Shown: positions 1-7,382 of the stretch, piece after piece
Layout: every line of letters begins with the position of its first letter
Numbering within the stretch: the stretch's first letter is position 1
Source of the DNA: a virus
Lineage: Duplodnaviria; Caudoviricetes
Length of the DNA stretch: 27,701 bases
IMG/VR virus record: IMGVR_UViG_3300020042_003020
Location: 1 to 27,701 of that record
Strand: one strand, 5' to 3'
Made by a program: the position numbers and the translations under genes
The notes under the pieces: model-generated
What the model was told of the DNA's origin: nothing
The model's input: only the letters and a program-made list of their open reading frames with translations
The model's database searches: none

Positions 1-2
1 AT

Positions 3-263
3 GGCAAGAAGCGTACGTTCCACGACACAACGGTGACCAATGCCGTTGACTTGTGTGAGTTGTTGCAGGTCATGAATATTACTAACGACCCTGCGTTGAC
101 GAAAGCTTCACGTAAGCTTGAAGAGGTATTGTCTGGCATAACACCTAAGGAATTGCGTGAAGAAGATAGCACTCGTGCTTTAACCAAGATCAAGGTGGAT
201 GAAATCCTTGGTGCATTTGATTGGGGGATAAATGATGGGGAAAGTGAAGGCGATGGTAACTGA
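3..263 (+). CDS. C-terminal part of a conserved phage protein (DUF3150-like), 5'-truncated
   Basis: Frame is open from the window edge (GKKRTFHDTTVTNAVDLCELLQVMNITNDPAL...KVDEILGAFDW). The family call is from recalled similarity. Confidence 0.6.
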   Translation, partial: GKKRTFHDTTVTNAVDLCELLQVMNITNDPALTKASRKLEEVLSGITPKELREEDSTRALTKIKVDEILGAFDWGINDGESEGDGN

Positions 264-594
264 GATTATGGAAGTAGCAGACAGACATGGGCGAGCGAAA
301 TCTGACGCCCTTCGAATGCTAGAACATAAACTTGGATACCACAAAGACAATCCTATGTACGAATGCAGATACGAAGAACGTGGACTTGACTACACCCTTA
401 AGCGGTGGCGTGATGGACACGAGGAAGCGTCTCGTGGTCTAGTGACAGACTTACCTGATTGGCTAGAGAGAATCAGGGCAGTCGCAACGGTAGGTGGGCA
501 TCTCAAGAAAGTGAACGTGCCCCCGCCTGACAACATCGTATGGTTCACTATCGACGATGACGGAAATTTACTTAACTTTATGGAGCTTCGATGA
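232..594 (+). CDS. Hypothetical phage protein (120 aa)
   Basis: ORF preceded by GGGGA. Its stop overlaps the next ATG (ATGA at 591-594). Confidence 0.7.
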   Translation: MMGKVKAMVTEIMEVADRHGRAKSDALRMLEHKLGYHKDNPMYECRYEERGLDYTLKRWRDGHEEASRGLVTDLPDWLERIRAVATVGGHLKKVNVPPPDNIVWFTIDDDGNLLNFMELR

Positions 595-764
595 ACTATG
601 ACAACTTGACCGATGAGGAACTAATCCGAGTTGCCGATGGGCACTCGGGGTTAATCAAAGTCTTATCTGAAAGGTTGGAGATGCGGTTGCGTGACATGGA
701 GGATTTATCACGCACCATGCCTGACCCTAAACAACTTAACTTATTTGAGGATGACAATGCCTGA
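591..764 (+). CDS. 57-aa protein with C-terminal QLNLF beta-clamp-binding-like motif (not in ORF track)
   Basis: Hand translation MNYDNLTDEELIRVADGHSGLIKVLSERLEMRLRDMEDLSRTMPDPKQLNLFEDDNA*. GGAG at 582-585. Fills the gap between neighbours and overlaps both. Confidence 0.75.
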   Translation: MNYDNLTDEELIRVADGHSGLIKVLSERLEMRLRDMEDLSRTMPDPKQLNLFEDDNA

Positions 765-1320
765 TCTACACACAGAAATGCAAAAGATATTGCAAGCTTG
801 GGAACAACCAGAAACAACTGAACAACCTAAGGAAACAACCGTGTTCAAACCTACAAACAACGTAACGCAATCGACCTTTAACTTTGTGCGAGACAACTCC
901 GGTTGCGCTCGTAATGATGCAATCCGAATCCTTGTACAGCAGGGGCATAAGAAATCATCTGTGTCATCCCTGATTGGGCAGATGCTACGCCAAGGGCATA
1001 TCTATAAAGATAGCGATGGTTTGCTACGCCCTAATGGGAAAGCGTACACACCCATCAAGTCTGCCAAGACAATGGCTAAGCGAGAAGCTAAGGTAAAGAA
1101 AGTCAAAAGTTATAAGGTTATAACTTCTAAGACAACTGAGCCTAGCACAGAGGCACTAACGGCTGCTGCAACGGCAATGGGGGGCATAAACATGTTGGTT
1201 GACCACGACCACACCCCTATTCGTACAAGCATCGACATCATCATGGATACAGTTAGCCTTAACGATGCGCATGAGTTGTATCGTCGTTTGCACCTGTACT
1301 TCGGTGGCTTGGGTAAATGA
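757..1320 (+). CDS. Hypothetical protein (187 aa), possible winged-helix DNA-binding domain
   Basis: ATG 757 with GAGG at 747-750, preferred over the 691 start. The central TFNFVRDNSG...SVSSLIGQMLRQGHIYKD segment looks wHTH-like and is followed by a basic linker. Confidence 0.65.
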   Translation: MPDLHTEMQKILQAWEQPETTEQPKETTVFKPTNNVTQSTFNFVRDNSGCARNDAIRILVQQGHKKSSVSSLIGQMLRQGHIYKDSDGLLRPNGKAYTPIKSAKTMAKREAKVKKVKSYKVITSKTTEPSTEALTAAATAMGGINMLVDHDHTPIRTSIDIIMDTVSLNDAHELYRRLHLYFGGLGK

Positions 1321-1511
1321 AATCAAAAGCCATACTGGAGTTTGACTACCCCGACGATGAGGATGCGTTACTGTTCGCATTGAAGGGGCAAGCTATGTAT
1401 AAGGCGTTGGCAAGTATCAAGATGGTTATGTCCGCACCTTATACAAAAGCTGAGATGGTCAGCCAAATCAAAACCGTACTCAACGACATCTTTGAGGAAT
1501 TAGGAGAATAA
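1317..1511 (+). CDS. Hypothetical phage protein (64 aa)
   Basis: ATGA overlap with the upstream gene. KAILEFDYPDD-type N-terminus resembles small phage proteins. Confidence 0.7.
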   Translation: MKSKAILEFDYPDDEDALLFALKGQAMYKALASIKMVMSAPYTKAEMVSQIKTVLNDIFEELGE

Positions 1512-1515
1512 CCAA

Positions 1516-2094
1516 ATGCCAATTAAGGACCCAGTTGCCCGAGCCGCTTGGCACAAGGCGTACCGAGAAGCTAACTTAGAACGCATTAAAGCAGTAAATA
1601 AAGCGTATAGGGAAAGTCTTGGAGACACACTTAAGGCTAAAAAACGAGCGTACCGAGAGGCTAACAAAGAAGTCATAAACGCCAAAGGACGGGAGTATTG
1701 GTGGGAAAACCGTGAAGCCAAGGTAGCCAAACACGCTGAGTGGCGTGCAAATAACAAAGAGTTACTAAAAGAAATAAACAGGAGGTACAGAGAACAGAAC
1801 TTAGAAAAAGTAAAAGCCATTGCGAAAGCGCGTCGTAATGGGCCGAAACGAGATGAGATACTTAAAAAGAAAGCCGAGTGGGGGCACGCAAGCTACCGCA
1901 AGGATATAGAAGTCAGTCGAGAACGTGCCCGTGCGGTGGCACTTAGACAGACTAAAGAGTTAACCCCTTCGTACGTAGCAGTATTACTACAAGTGCCACG
2001 CAAGGTTTTAACTCCCGAGCTTATAGAAGCTAAACGAATGCAAATGTTAATCCAACGTAAACTAAAGGAAATTAAAGATGAAACACATCAGTGA
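1516..2094 (+). CDS. Basic helical-repeat protein (192 aa) with six 15-aa [KRA]x[YW]xxx[NL] repeats; no nuclease motif
   Basis: Strong RBS AGGAGAATAACCAA-ATG. Repeats visible at aa ~13-102. Confidence 0.75.
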   Translation: MPIKDPVARAAWHKAYREANLERIKAVNKAYRESLGDTLKAKKRAYREANKEVINAKGREYWWENREAKVAKHAEWRANNKELLKEINRRYREQNLEKVKAIAKARRNGPKRDEILKKKAEWGHASYRKDIEVSRERARAVALRQTKELTPSYVAVLLQVPRKVLTPELIEAKRMQMLIQRKLKEIKDETHQ

Positions 2095-2275
2095 ACTAAC
2101 AACAGAACTGTCTGCTTTGTATGACGGACTCAAGAACGGCACAGTCGATGTAAAAGTTGCAGCCGAGCTTAACAATACTGCGGGTAAGATAATACACGCC
2201 CAACGTGTGCAGTTGGAATACGCAGAGTTACGCAAAGAACAACCTGACATTGAGTTCATGGGCACTAAGAAGTGA
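2078..2275 (+). CDS. Small helical hypothetical protein (65 aa)
   Basis: AAGGA RBS. Overlaps the upstream gene and is GTGA-coupled to the next. Confidence 0.75.
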   Translation: MKHISELTTELSALYDGLKNGTVDVKVAAELNNTAGKIIHAQRVQLEYAELRKEQPDIEFMGTKK

Positions 2276-2367
2276 CTTGGCCCTTCCCCCCATTCCCAAA
2301 CCCCAAGGACAAGGGCAACCGAGTCCCTAAGTTCAACCCTGACAACCATGAGGATGCACCGAGATGA
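2272..2367 (+). CDS. 31-aa proline-rich micropeptide (not in ORF track)
   Basis: GTG 2272: MTWPFPPFPNPKDKGNRVPKFNPDNHEDAPR*. 4-nt overlaps (GTGA, ATGA) with both neighbours. Confidence 0.6.
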   Translation: MTWPFPPFPNPKDKGNRVPKFNPDNHEDAPR

Positions 2368-2585
2368 AACCAATAGCATGGTACGACCCAACTAACGGGA
2401 TGGTCAGCACAGACAAAGACAGCCCTTTGTTTACACCGCTTGGTCAGGTGTTGCCTTTGTATACACAGCGCACATGGGTAGGGCTGACCAAAGAGGAGCG
2501 TCACGGAATTAGCATGGCTAATAAACCATACGTTGCAGACATTATGGCGGCACATGAAGCCAAGCTTAAGGAACTGAACATATGA
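2364..2585 (+). CDS. Hypothetical phage protein (73 aa; PIAW...PLYT...WVGLT..EAKLKE type)
   Basis: GAGG RBS. ATGA coupling on both sides. Confidence 0.75.
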   Translation: MKPIAWYDPTNGMVSTDKDSPLFTPLGQVLPLYTQRTWVGLTKEERHGISMANKPYVADIMAAHEAKLKELNI

Positions 2586-2890
2586 AAGTACTTGACTTAA
2601 TTCGATACGACCCCATCAGAGAGTGTTTTGTTCTGAAGAACGGCAACCCCCCACGCGTACTTAACCCTTGGGATGACTTGCGTTTAGTAGATCGCCCGAG
2701 CATCTTTCTCAAAGATGTTTATTTTCGTGCCAAAGGTTTGGGAACAATCGCAAGCGAGACCGGTCTAGGCTACAAACAATTTGGCACTTACACAAAAGCA
2801 CGACAACCAAACAAACACGAAAGGTCACCCAGAGATGCCGAGAGCAAAACCTCCCGAGCCACTAATAGGAAGACAAATAAGGATGTCTGA
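2582..2890 (+). CDS. Hypothetical protein (102 aa)
   Basis: AAGGA RBS and ATGA overlap. The 3' end overlaps the next gene by 56 nt. Confidence 0.6.
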   Translation: MKVLDLIRYDPIRECFVLKNGNPPRVLNPWDDLRLVDRPSIFLKDVYFRAKGLGTIASETGLGYKQFGTYTKARQPNKHERSPRDAESKTSRATNRKTNKDV

Positions 2891-3026
2891 TCGGCAGTGG
2901 ATTATTTTTAATCAGCTTGGTGGTGCCGAGTGGCTACGTACCATCATCACCAAGAAAGCCCCGATGCCCAAGAAGTACTATGACGCACTACTACAGGAGA
3001 AACCAAATGATTCAAAGAGCCGATGA
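2835..3026 (+). CDS. Small putative DNA-binding protein (63 aa, ribbon-helix-helix-like)
   Basis: ATG 2835, MPRAKPPEPLIGRQIRMSDRQW...LGGAEWLR. Beta-strand plus two helices pattern. The function is an inference. Confidence 0.6.
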   Translation: MPRAKPPEPLIGRQIRMSDRQWIIFNQLGGAEWLRTIITKKAPMPKKYYDALLQEKPNDSKSR

Positions 3027-3222
3027 CACGCAAGTTGGCGGGTCACACTACAAAGACAAAACCATACAACCATGGGACTACATCATTGCCAACGACCTTG
3101 GGTATCTTGAAGGTAACGTGGTGAAGTACATATCCCGTTGGAAAAACAAAAACGGTATTGAGGACTTGAAGAAAGCCCAACACTACTTATCCAAACTAAT
3201 TGAGGTTGCAAATGGAAAATAG
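3007..3222 (+). CDS. DUF3310 / SaV-like phage protein (71 aa)
   Basis: QVGGSHY...IQPWDYI...YLEGNVVKYISRW..KNGIEDLKKAQHYL signature. RBS AGGAGAAACCAA-ATG. Confidence 0.85.
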   Translation: MIQRADDTQVGGSHYKDKTIQPWDYIIANDLGYLEGNVVKYISRWKNKNGIEDLKKAQHYLSKLIEVANGK

Positions 3223-3700
3223 AATGATAATGCGAGACGCTTGGGGGCGCACGATTGCCGGTGACGGTGGGCACTGCCCTGTGTGTGACCGATGGGGCAA
3301 GATATACATCCGCAACATTAACAAAACAATGGCGCAAGGATTGTTGTGGCTGCATCATCAAACTGGCGATGAGGACGGTTGGGTAAACGTTCCTATAACT
3401 GGACCTCAATGGTTGGTGCGATCTAACCAACTGGCTACGTTGCACTGGTGGAACCTTGTGGAACGCAAGAGCAAAGACGACTCACACAAGTCCAAGTTCT
3501 CAGGCATCTGGCGTACTACACGGTTAGGTAAAGACTTTGTAGCAGGACTAATACGTGTCCCACGTAGCGTGTACACATACAACAACAACGTTGTCAAACA
3601 TGGGACTGAAGATGTGCTACTTAGTGAATGCCTCGACGAGGGGTTCGATTACAACCAAGTTATGAGTACCAATCTACATGGCAGCAACACCCGAATCTAA
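3212..3700 (+). CDS. Hypothetical protein with CxxC motif (162 aa)
   Basis: ATG 3212 with GAGG at 3202-3205. HCPVCDRWGKIY motif. Confidence 0.7.
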   Translation: MENRMIMRDAWGRTIAGDGGHCPVCDRWGKIYIRNINKTMAQGLLWLHHQTGDEDGWVNVPITGPQWLVRSNQLATLHWWNLVERKSKDDSHKSKFSGIWRTTRLGKDFVAGLIRVPRSVYTYNNNVVKHGTEDVLLSECLDEGFDYNQVMSTNLHGSNTRI

Positions 3701-3974
3701 AGTCAAAGCCAAGATCAAAGCAATCTTGAAAGCCCACAACATCTACTACGCTATGCCAATTGGCACTGGCTACGGCAATAGCGGTGTGCCTGACTTCCTG
3801 TGTTGTCTTAACGGAAAGTTCTTTGCTATTGAAGCCAAGGCAGGCAAGGGCACGACAACTGCCCTGCAAGAAAAAAACCTCAAAAACATCATCGAGTCCG
3901 GTGGTGACGCATGGGTGGTAAACGAGACCAACCTTGTCCATCTGGAAGAATTTGTAAAGGAGAACTGTAAATGA
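3678..3974 (+). CDS. VRR-NUC domain nuclease (putative Holliday junction resolvase)
   Basis: PESKVK...GVPDFLCC...FFAIEAKAGKG...TALQ PD-(D/E)xK signature. Confidence 0.88.
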   Translation: MAATPESKVKAKIKAILKAHNIYYAMPIGTGYGNSGVPDFLCCLNGKFFAIEAKAGKGTTTALQEKNLKNIIESGGDAWVVNETNLVHLEEFVKENCK

Positions 3975-4396
3975 TGCAATCAGTACAAGTAATTATCGAA
4001 CGACTTAAAACCAACCCCGAAGATTTTTTTGGGGATGCGGACCACCGTGGGCGCATACCGAAGTTTAGTAGCATTTTAGATAAGCTTGACAACTTGCTAA
4101 CGGAAACCCAAGACGGACATGTACACCGCTTGTGGTTCTTGGAGCCGGAAGAAAAAGCAGCGTTGATTGAAGCGTACAAAGAAGCCCGACGTACAAGGTT
4201 TGAGGCTCAAGTGTTTCACGACTTATTGTCCCCGCAGGAAGAACTAAACGTAGCTACGCGCCAACACCCACGAACAGGCAAGACGCTTATGCAAGGGTCA
4301 AGTAGTGCCGTTACCTCACAAAGTATGGTTGAACAAACCACAAAACTAATCAGAGAAGAGTTTGACAAACAATATGCCAAAAATCGTAACACTTGA
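3971..4396 (+). CDS. Hypothetical protein (141 aa)
   Basis: AAGGAG RBS. Overlaps both neighbours. Confidence 0.7.
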   Translation: MMQSVQVIIERLKTNPEDFFGDADHRGRIPKFSSILDKLDNLLTETQDGHVHRLWFLEPEEKAALIEAYKEARRTRFEAQVFHDLLSPQEELNVATRQHPRTGKTLMQGSSSAVTSQSMVEQTTKLIREEFDKQYAKNRNT

Positions 4397-6275
4397 CCTT
4401 GAGTGCTTCTACTCAACTGAGTATTCCCTGACCAAGATTCCTACCGAGGAGTATGTGCGGTCGCCTCAGTTTGAGATAATTGGCATTGCAATCAAGGTGG
4501 ACGACGGCCCGACAACTTGGTATCCCAAACCGCAAGTGGAACGGATACTAAAAGAGTTCGACTGGTCTGATGCAATGGTGGTTGCACAGAACACTGCGTT
4601 TGACGGTGCGGTACTTGACTGGCTGTATGGCGTAAAGCCACTGGCTTGGTTTGATACGCTTGGTATGTCACGGGCTTTGTATCCGCATGAAAAGGCACAC
4701 CGCCTCGAAGTGCAAGCACAACGCATGGGTATTGGAGTCAAGGGCGATGAGGTCAATCATGCCAAGGGCAAGCACTACGCTGACTTTTCGGTAGAGGAGA
4801 TGGCACGTTACGCTGAATACTGCGTCAACGACGTAGAGCTAACGTACAAGCTATTTAATGCGTACATGGCGATGGGTTTCCCTAAACAAGAACTGAAACT
4901 GATAGACATGACTCTACGCATGTTCATTGAGCCTGTGCTTGAGTTGGACAAGAAGCTATTGGTTGACCACTTGGAAGCCGTAAGGGACGCCAAAGAAACG
5001 CTAATGGAATCTGTGCGGGACTTTATGCTAAAAGACGCTGATCCCGAATACGTACACGCTATCTTTAGCGAGGGCATGGCAGGCATTAAGAAGCTACTCA
5101 TGTCTAACGACAAGTTTTCCAAAGTGTTAGAGAACTACGGCGTTGTACCGCCCACAAAGGTAAGCCTGCGCACTGGCAAAATAGCGTGGGCATTTGCCAA
5201 AACCGATGAAGAGTTTAAATCCTTAGAGGAGCATCCCGATGAACGAGTCCAAATGCTTGTCGCAGCCCGCCTTGGAAACAAGACGACAATTGAGGAGACT
5301 CGCACTGAGCGCTTTATTGGTATGTCTAGCCGAGGCAAGTTTCCTGTACCTCTACGTTACTACGGGGCACACTCTGGTCGTTGGTCTGGTCAAGACTCTG
5401 TAAACCTGCAGAACCTACCATCACGCGGTGATAACGCAGGCAAGATCAAGAAGGCTATCAAAGCGCCCAAGGGTTACGTTGTGATTGACTGCGACTCTGC
5501 ACAAATCGAAGCTAGAACTTTAGCTTGGCTTGCGGGTCAGCATGACTTGATAGAGGCGTTCGAGGATAAGAAGGATGTGTACCGCCTGATGGCTAGCCAG
5601 ATTTACCAGATACCGCCAGAGCATGTGACGACTGGCCCTGCCAGTCAGCGTCAGGTGGGTAAGACCGTGGTGCTTGGTGCAGGCTATGGCGTCGGACCAA
5701 ACAAGTTACAGATATTCTTAAAGGTACAAGCCGGTGTCGAGGTGACGCTTGACGAGGCAAAACGCATCATCCACGCATACCGGACAACGTACTACAAGAT
5801 ACCCGAGTTGTGGCACAAAGCCGACGAAGCGTTGATTGCGTTGCGTACAGGCAACGGCTTTCAAGTAGACGAGCAAGGGCTAATCCACGCCATACCCAAG
5901 AAAGGGTTAACCCTACCTAGTGGGCTACATATCCAGTACCCCGGCTTGGGTGAGGTGTTGGATGAGAAGACTGGCAAGACTCAGCTACGCTATTTCTCTA
6001 AGGGAATACCCGTGTATATCTATGGCGGGAAGGTAGTTGAGAACCTGTGTCAAGCCGTAGCAAGGCAGGTCGTTGCGGAGCAGATGCTCAAAATCGGCAA
6101 GAAGTATAAGGTGGTGTTGACAGTTCACGATGCCGTGGCTTGTATTGCACCAATTGAGGAAAAAGATGAAGCAAAACAATACGTTGAGGAGTGTATGTCA
6201 TGGCGTCCAAAGTGGGCACAAACTTTACCTCTAGCCTGCGAATCAGGCGTAGGGGCTTCCTATGGGGACTGTTGA
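4374..6275 (+). CDS. polA: Phage family A DNA polymerase with 3'-5' exonuclease (633 aa), Leu762 type
   Basis: ExoI TLDLE, ExoII QNTAFD, ExoIII YCVND. Motif A DSAQIEAR, motif B RQVGKTVVLGAGYG, motif C VHDA. No 5'-3' exonuclease domain. Confidence 0.95.
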   Translation: MPKIVTLDLECFYSTEYSLTKIPTEEYVRSPQFEIIGIAIKVDDGPTTWYPKPQVERILKEFDWSDAMVVAQNTAFDGAVLDWLYGVKPLAWFDTLGMSRALYPHEKAHRLEVQAQRMGIGVKGDEVNHAKGKHYADFSVEEMARYAEYCVNDVELTYKLFNAYMAMGFPKQELKLIDMTLRMFIEPVLELDKKLLVDHLEAVRDAKETLMESVRDFMLKDADPEYVHAIFSEGMAGIKKLLMSNDKFSKVLENYGVVPPTKVSLRTGKIAWAFAKTDEEFKSLEEHPDERVQMLVAARLGNKTTIEETRTERFIGMSSRGKFPVPLRYYGAHSGRWSGQDSVNLQNLPSRGDNAGKIKKAIKAPKGYVVIDCDSAQIEARTLAWLAGQHDLIEAFEDKKDVYRLMASQIYQIPPEHVTTGPASQRQVGKTVVLGAGYGVGPNKLQIFLKVQAGVEVTLDEAKRIIHAYRTTYYKIPELWHKADEALIALRTGNGFQVDEQGLIHAIPKKGLTLPSGLHIQYPGLGEVLDEKTGKTQLRYFSKGIPVYIYGGKVVENLCQAVARQVVAEQMLKIGKKYKVVLTVHDAVACIAPIEEKDEAKQYVEECMSWRPKWAQTLPLACESGVGASYGDC

Positions 6276-6285
6276 TTGGTACACT
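6257..6285 (+). promoter_or_regulatory. Putative sigma70 promoter with extended -10
   Basis: TTCCTA (6257-6262), 17-nt spacer, TACACT (6280-6285) with a TGn extension. Lies upstream of the Cas4-like gene. Confidence 0.4.
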
Positions 6286-6316
6286 AGGGCTTGCAAAAAC
6301 AAACCCAGTTCTTTCC

Positions 6317-6982
6317 ATGACGCTAGCCCATTCATACTCAGGCATCAAAGACTACGAAGGTTGTCCACGCAGATACCACGAAGTCAAGATACTAAAAAAG
6401 TTCAAATCTAAAGACACTGAAGCAACCATGTACGGCACTGCCGTACACAAAGCATTTGAAGATTACATCCGTGATAAAACACCACTTCCGGCAAGTTATA
6501 CAAACTACAAATCATTTGTGGAACCCCTCGCCAATTTCAAAGGCGACGTACGATGCGAAGAGAAGCTTGGCATCCGAGCAGACTTTACCCCCTGCGGGTT
6601 CTTTGACAAAGATGTATGGTTCCGAGGCATCCCCGACTATCTTGCAATCAACCACGACAAGGGAATTGCAAGGGTAGCCGACTATAAGACCGGCAAGTCA
6701 AGTAGGTACGCAGACAGCGCTCAATTAGAACTAATGGCAGCTATGGTAATGATTCACCATCCCAACGTACATACCGTTAAAGGGGCACTGCTGTTTGTTG
6801 TAGTTGGCGACATTATTAAGTCTGAGTACACTCGGAAACAATTGCCTGAAATCCTGTCTAAATGGGCTGGCAGGGCTAGTGCAATCGAAGCAGCGGTGGT
6901 GCATGGGGTATGGAACCCTAAAAGCTCTGCCCTGTGCAAGTTCTGCCCAGTTACTACATGTGAGAATCACAATGGCAACTAA
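6317..6982 (+). CDS. Cas4/RecB-like PD-(D/E)xK exonuclease (221 aa)
   Basis: HSYS...CPRRY N-terminus, GIPD...DYKTGK, QLELMA, and C-terminal CKFCPVTTC (4-Cys Fe-S staple). Start reassigned to ATG 6317. Confidence 0.88.
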   Translation: MTLAHSYSGIKDYEGCPRRYHEVKILKKFKSKDTEATMYGTAVHKAFEDYIRDKTPLPASYTNYKSFVEPLANFKGDVRCEEKLGIRADFTPCGFFDKDVWFRGIPDYLAINHDKGIARVADYKTGKSSRYADSAQLELMAAMVMIHHPNVHTVKGALLFVVVGDIIKSEYTRKQLPEILSKWAGRASAIEAAVVHGVWNPKSSALCKFCPVTTCENHNGN

Positions 6983-7256
6983 ACGCAATTATGCTGCTGA
7001 GTATAAAAACTATCAGGGCACACCAAAACAACTCGCTGCCCAGTCCGAGAGGCACAAGGCTAGACGGGCATACGAGAAGGCTAATGGCACTCTACCTGAC
7101 GATGTAGACGTAGACCACAAGAAGGCTATGTCCAAGGGCGGTACGTCTAAGTTAAGCAACCTCCGTGCCTCACCGCAATCGGAAAACACTAGCTTCTCCC
7201 GCACTAAATCTGGTGCGTTAAAGTCACAAATTTCTAAGCGAGAGCGTAAAAAGTAA
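6972..7256 (+). CDS. Small HNH endonuclease-family protein (94 aa)
   Basis: DVDHKKAMSKGG...SNLR...EN motif. ATG 6972 overlaps the upstream gene. Confidence 0.8.
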   Translation: MATKRNYAAEYKNYQGTPKQLAAQSERHKARRAYEKANGTLPDDVDVDHKKAMSKGGTSKLSNLRASPQSENTSFSRTKSGALKSQISKRERKK

Positions 7257-7270
7257 TGTAAGATAAAACC

Positions 7271-7361
7271 ACTCGGTGCCTGCAGTTGCTGAGTTGTTTC
7301 GTTGGATTTTCTCCTCCCCAGTAATGGGTTTGCCCAGTAGCAGTGCTACTGGGCTATTTTT
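7271..7361 (+). ncRNA. Candidate anti-Shine-Dalgarno small RNA (~91 nt)
   Basis: -10-like TAAGAT at 7259-7264. 5' hairpin 7271-7294, unpaired UUUUCUCCUCC 7307-7317, GUAA tetraloop mini-hairpin 7317-7328, intrinsic terminator 7332-7361. It occupies the largest intergenic gap in the window. Confidence 0.5.
7332..7361 (+). terminator. Rho-independent terminator
   Basis: Perfect 10-bp stem GCCCAGTAGC-agt-GCTACTGGGC followed by TATTTTT. Confidence 0.8.
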
Positions 7362-7382
7362 GTCACCTCTATTCAATTTATT

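Noticed and set aside
6191-6316. Upstream extensions given by the ORF track (6191; likewise 691, 2781, 2917, 6804, 27521)
   Set aside because: They overlap upstream genes extensively. Downstream ATGs fit the RBS, coupling and domain starts better.
6317-6982. Cas4-like gene as evidence of a CRISPR-Cas system
   Set aside because: A solo Cas4/RecB-like nuclease in a replication module is common in phages. There are no cas1/cas2 genes and no array.
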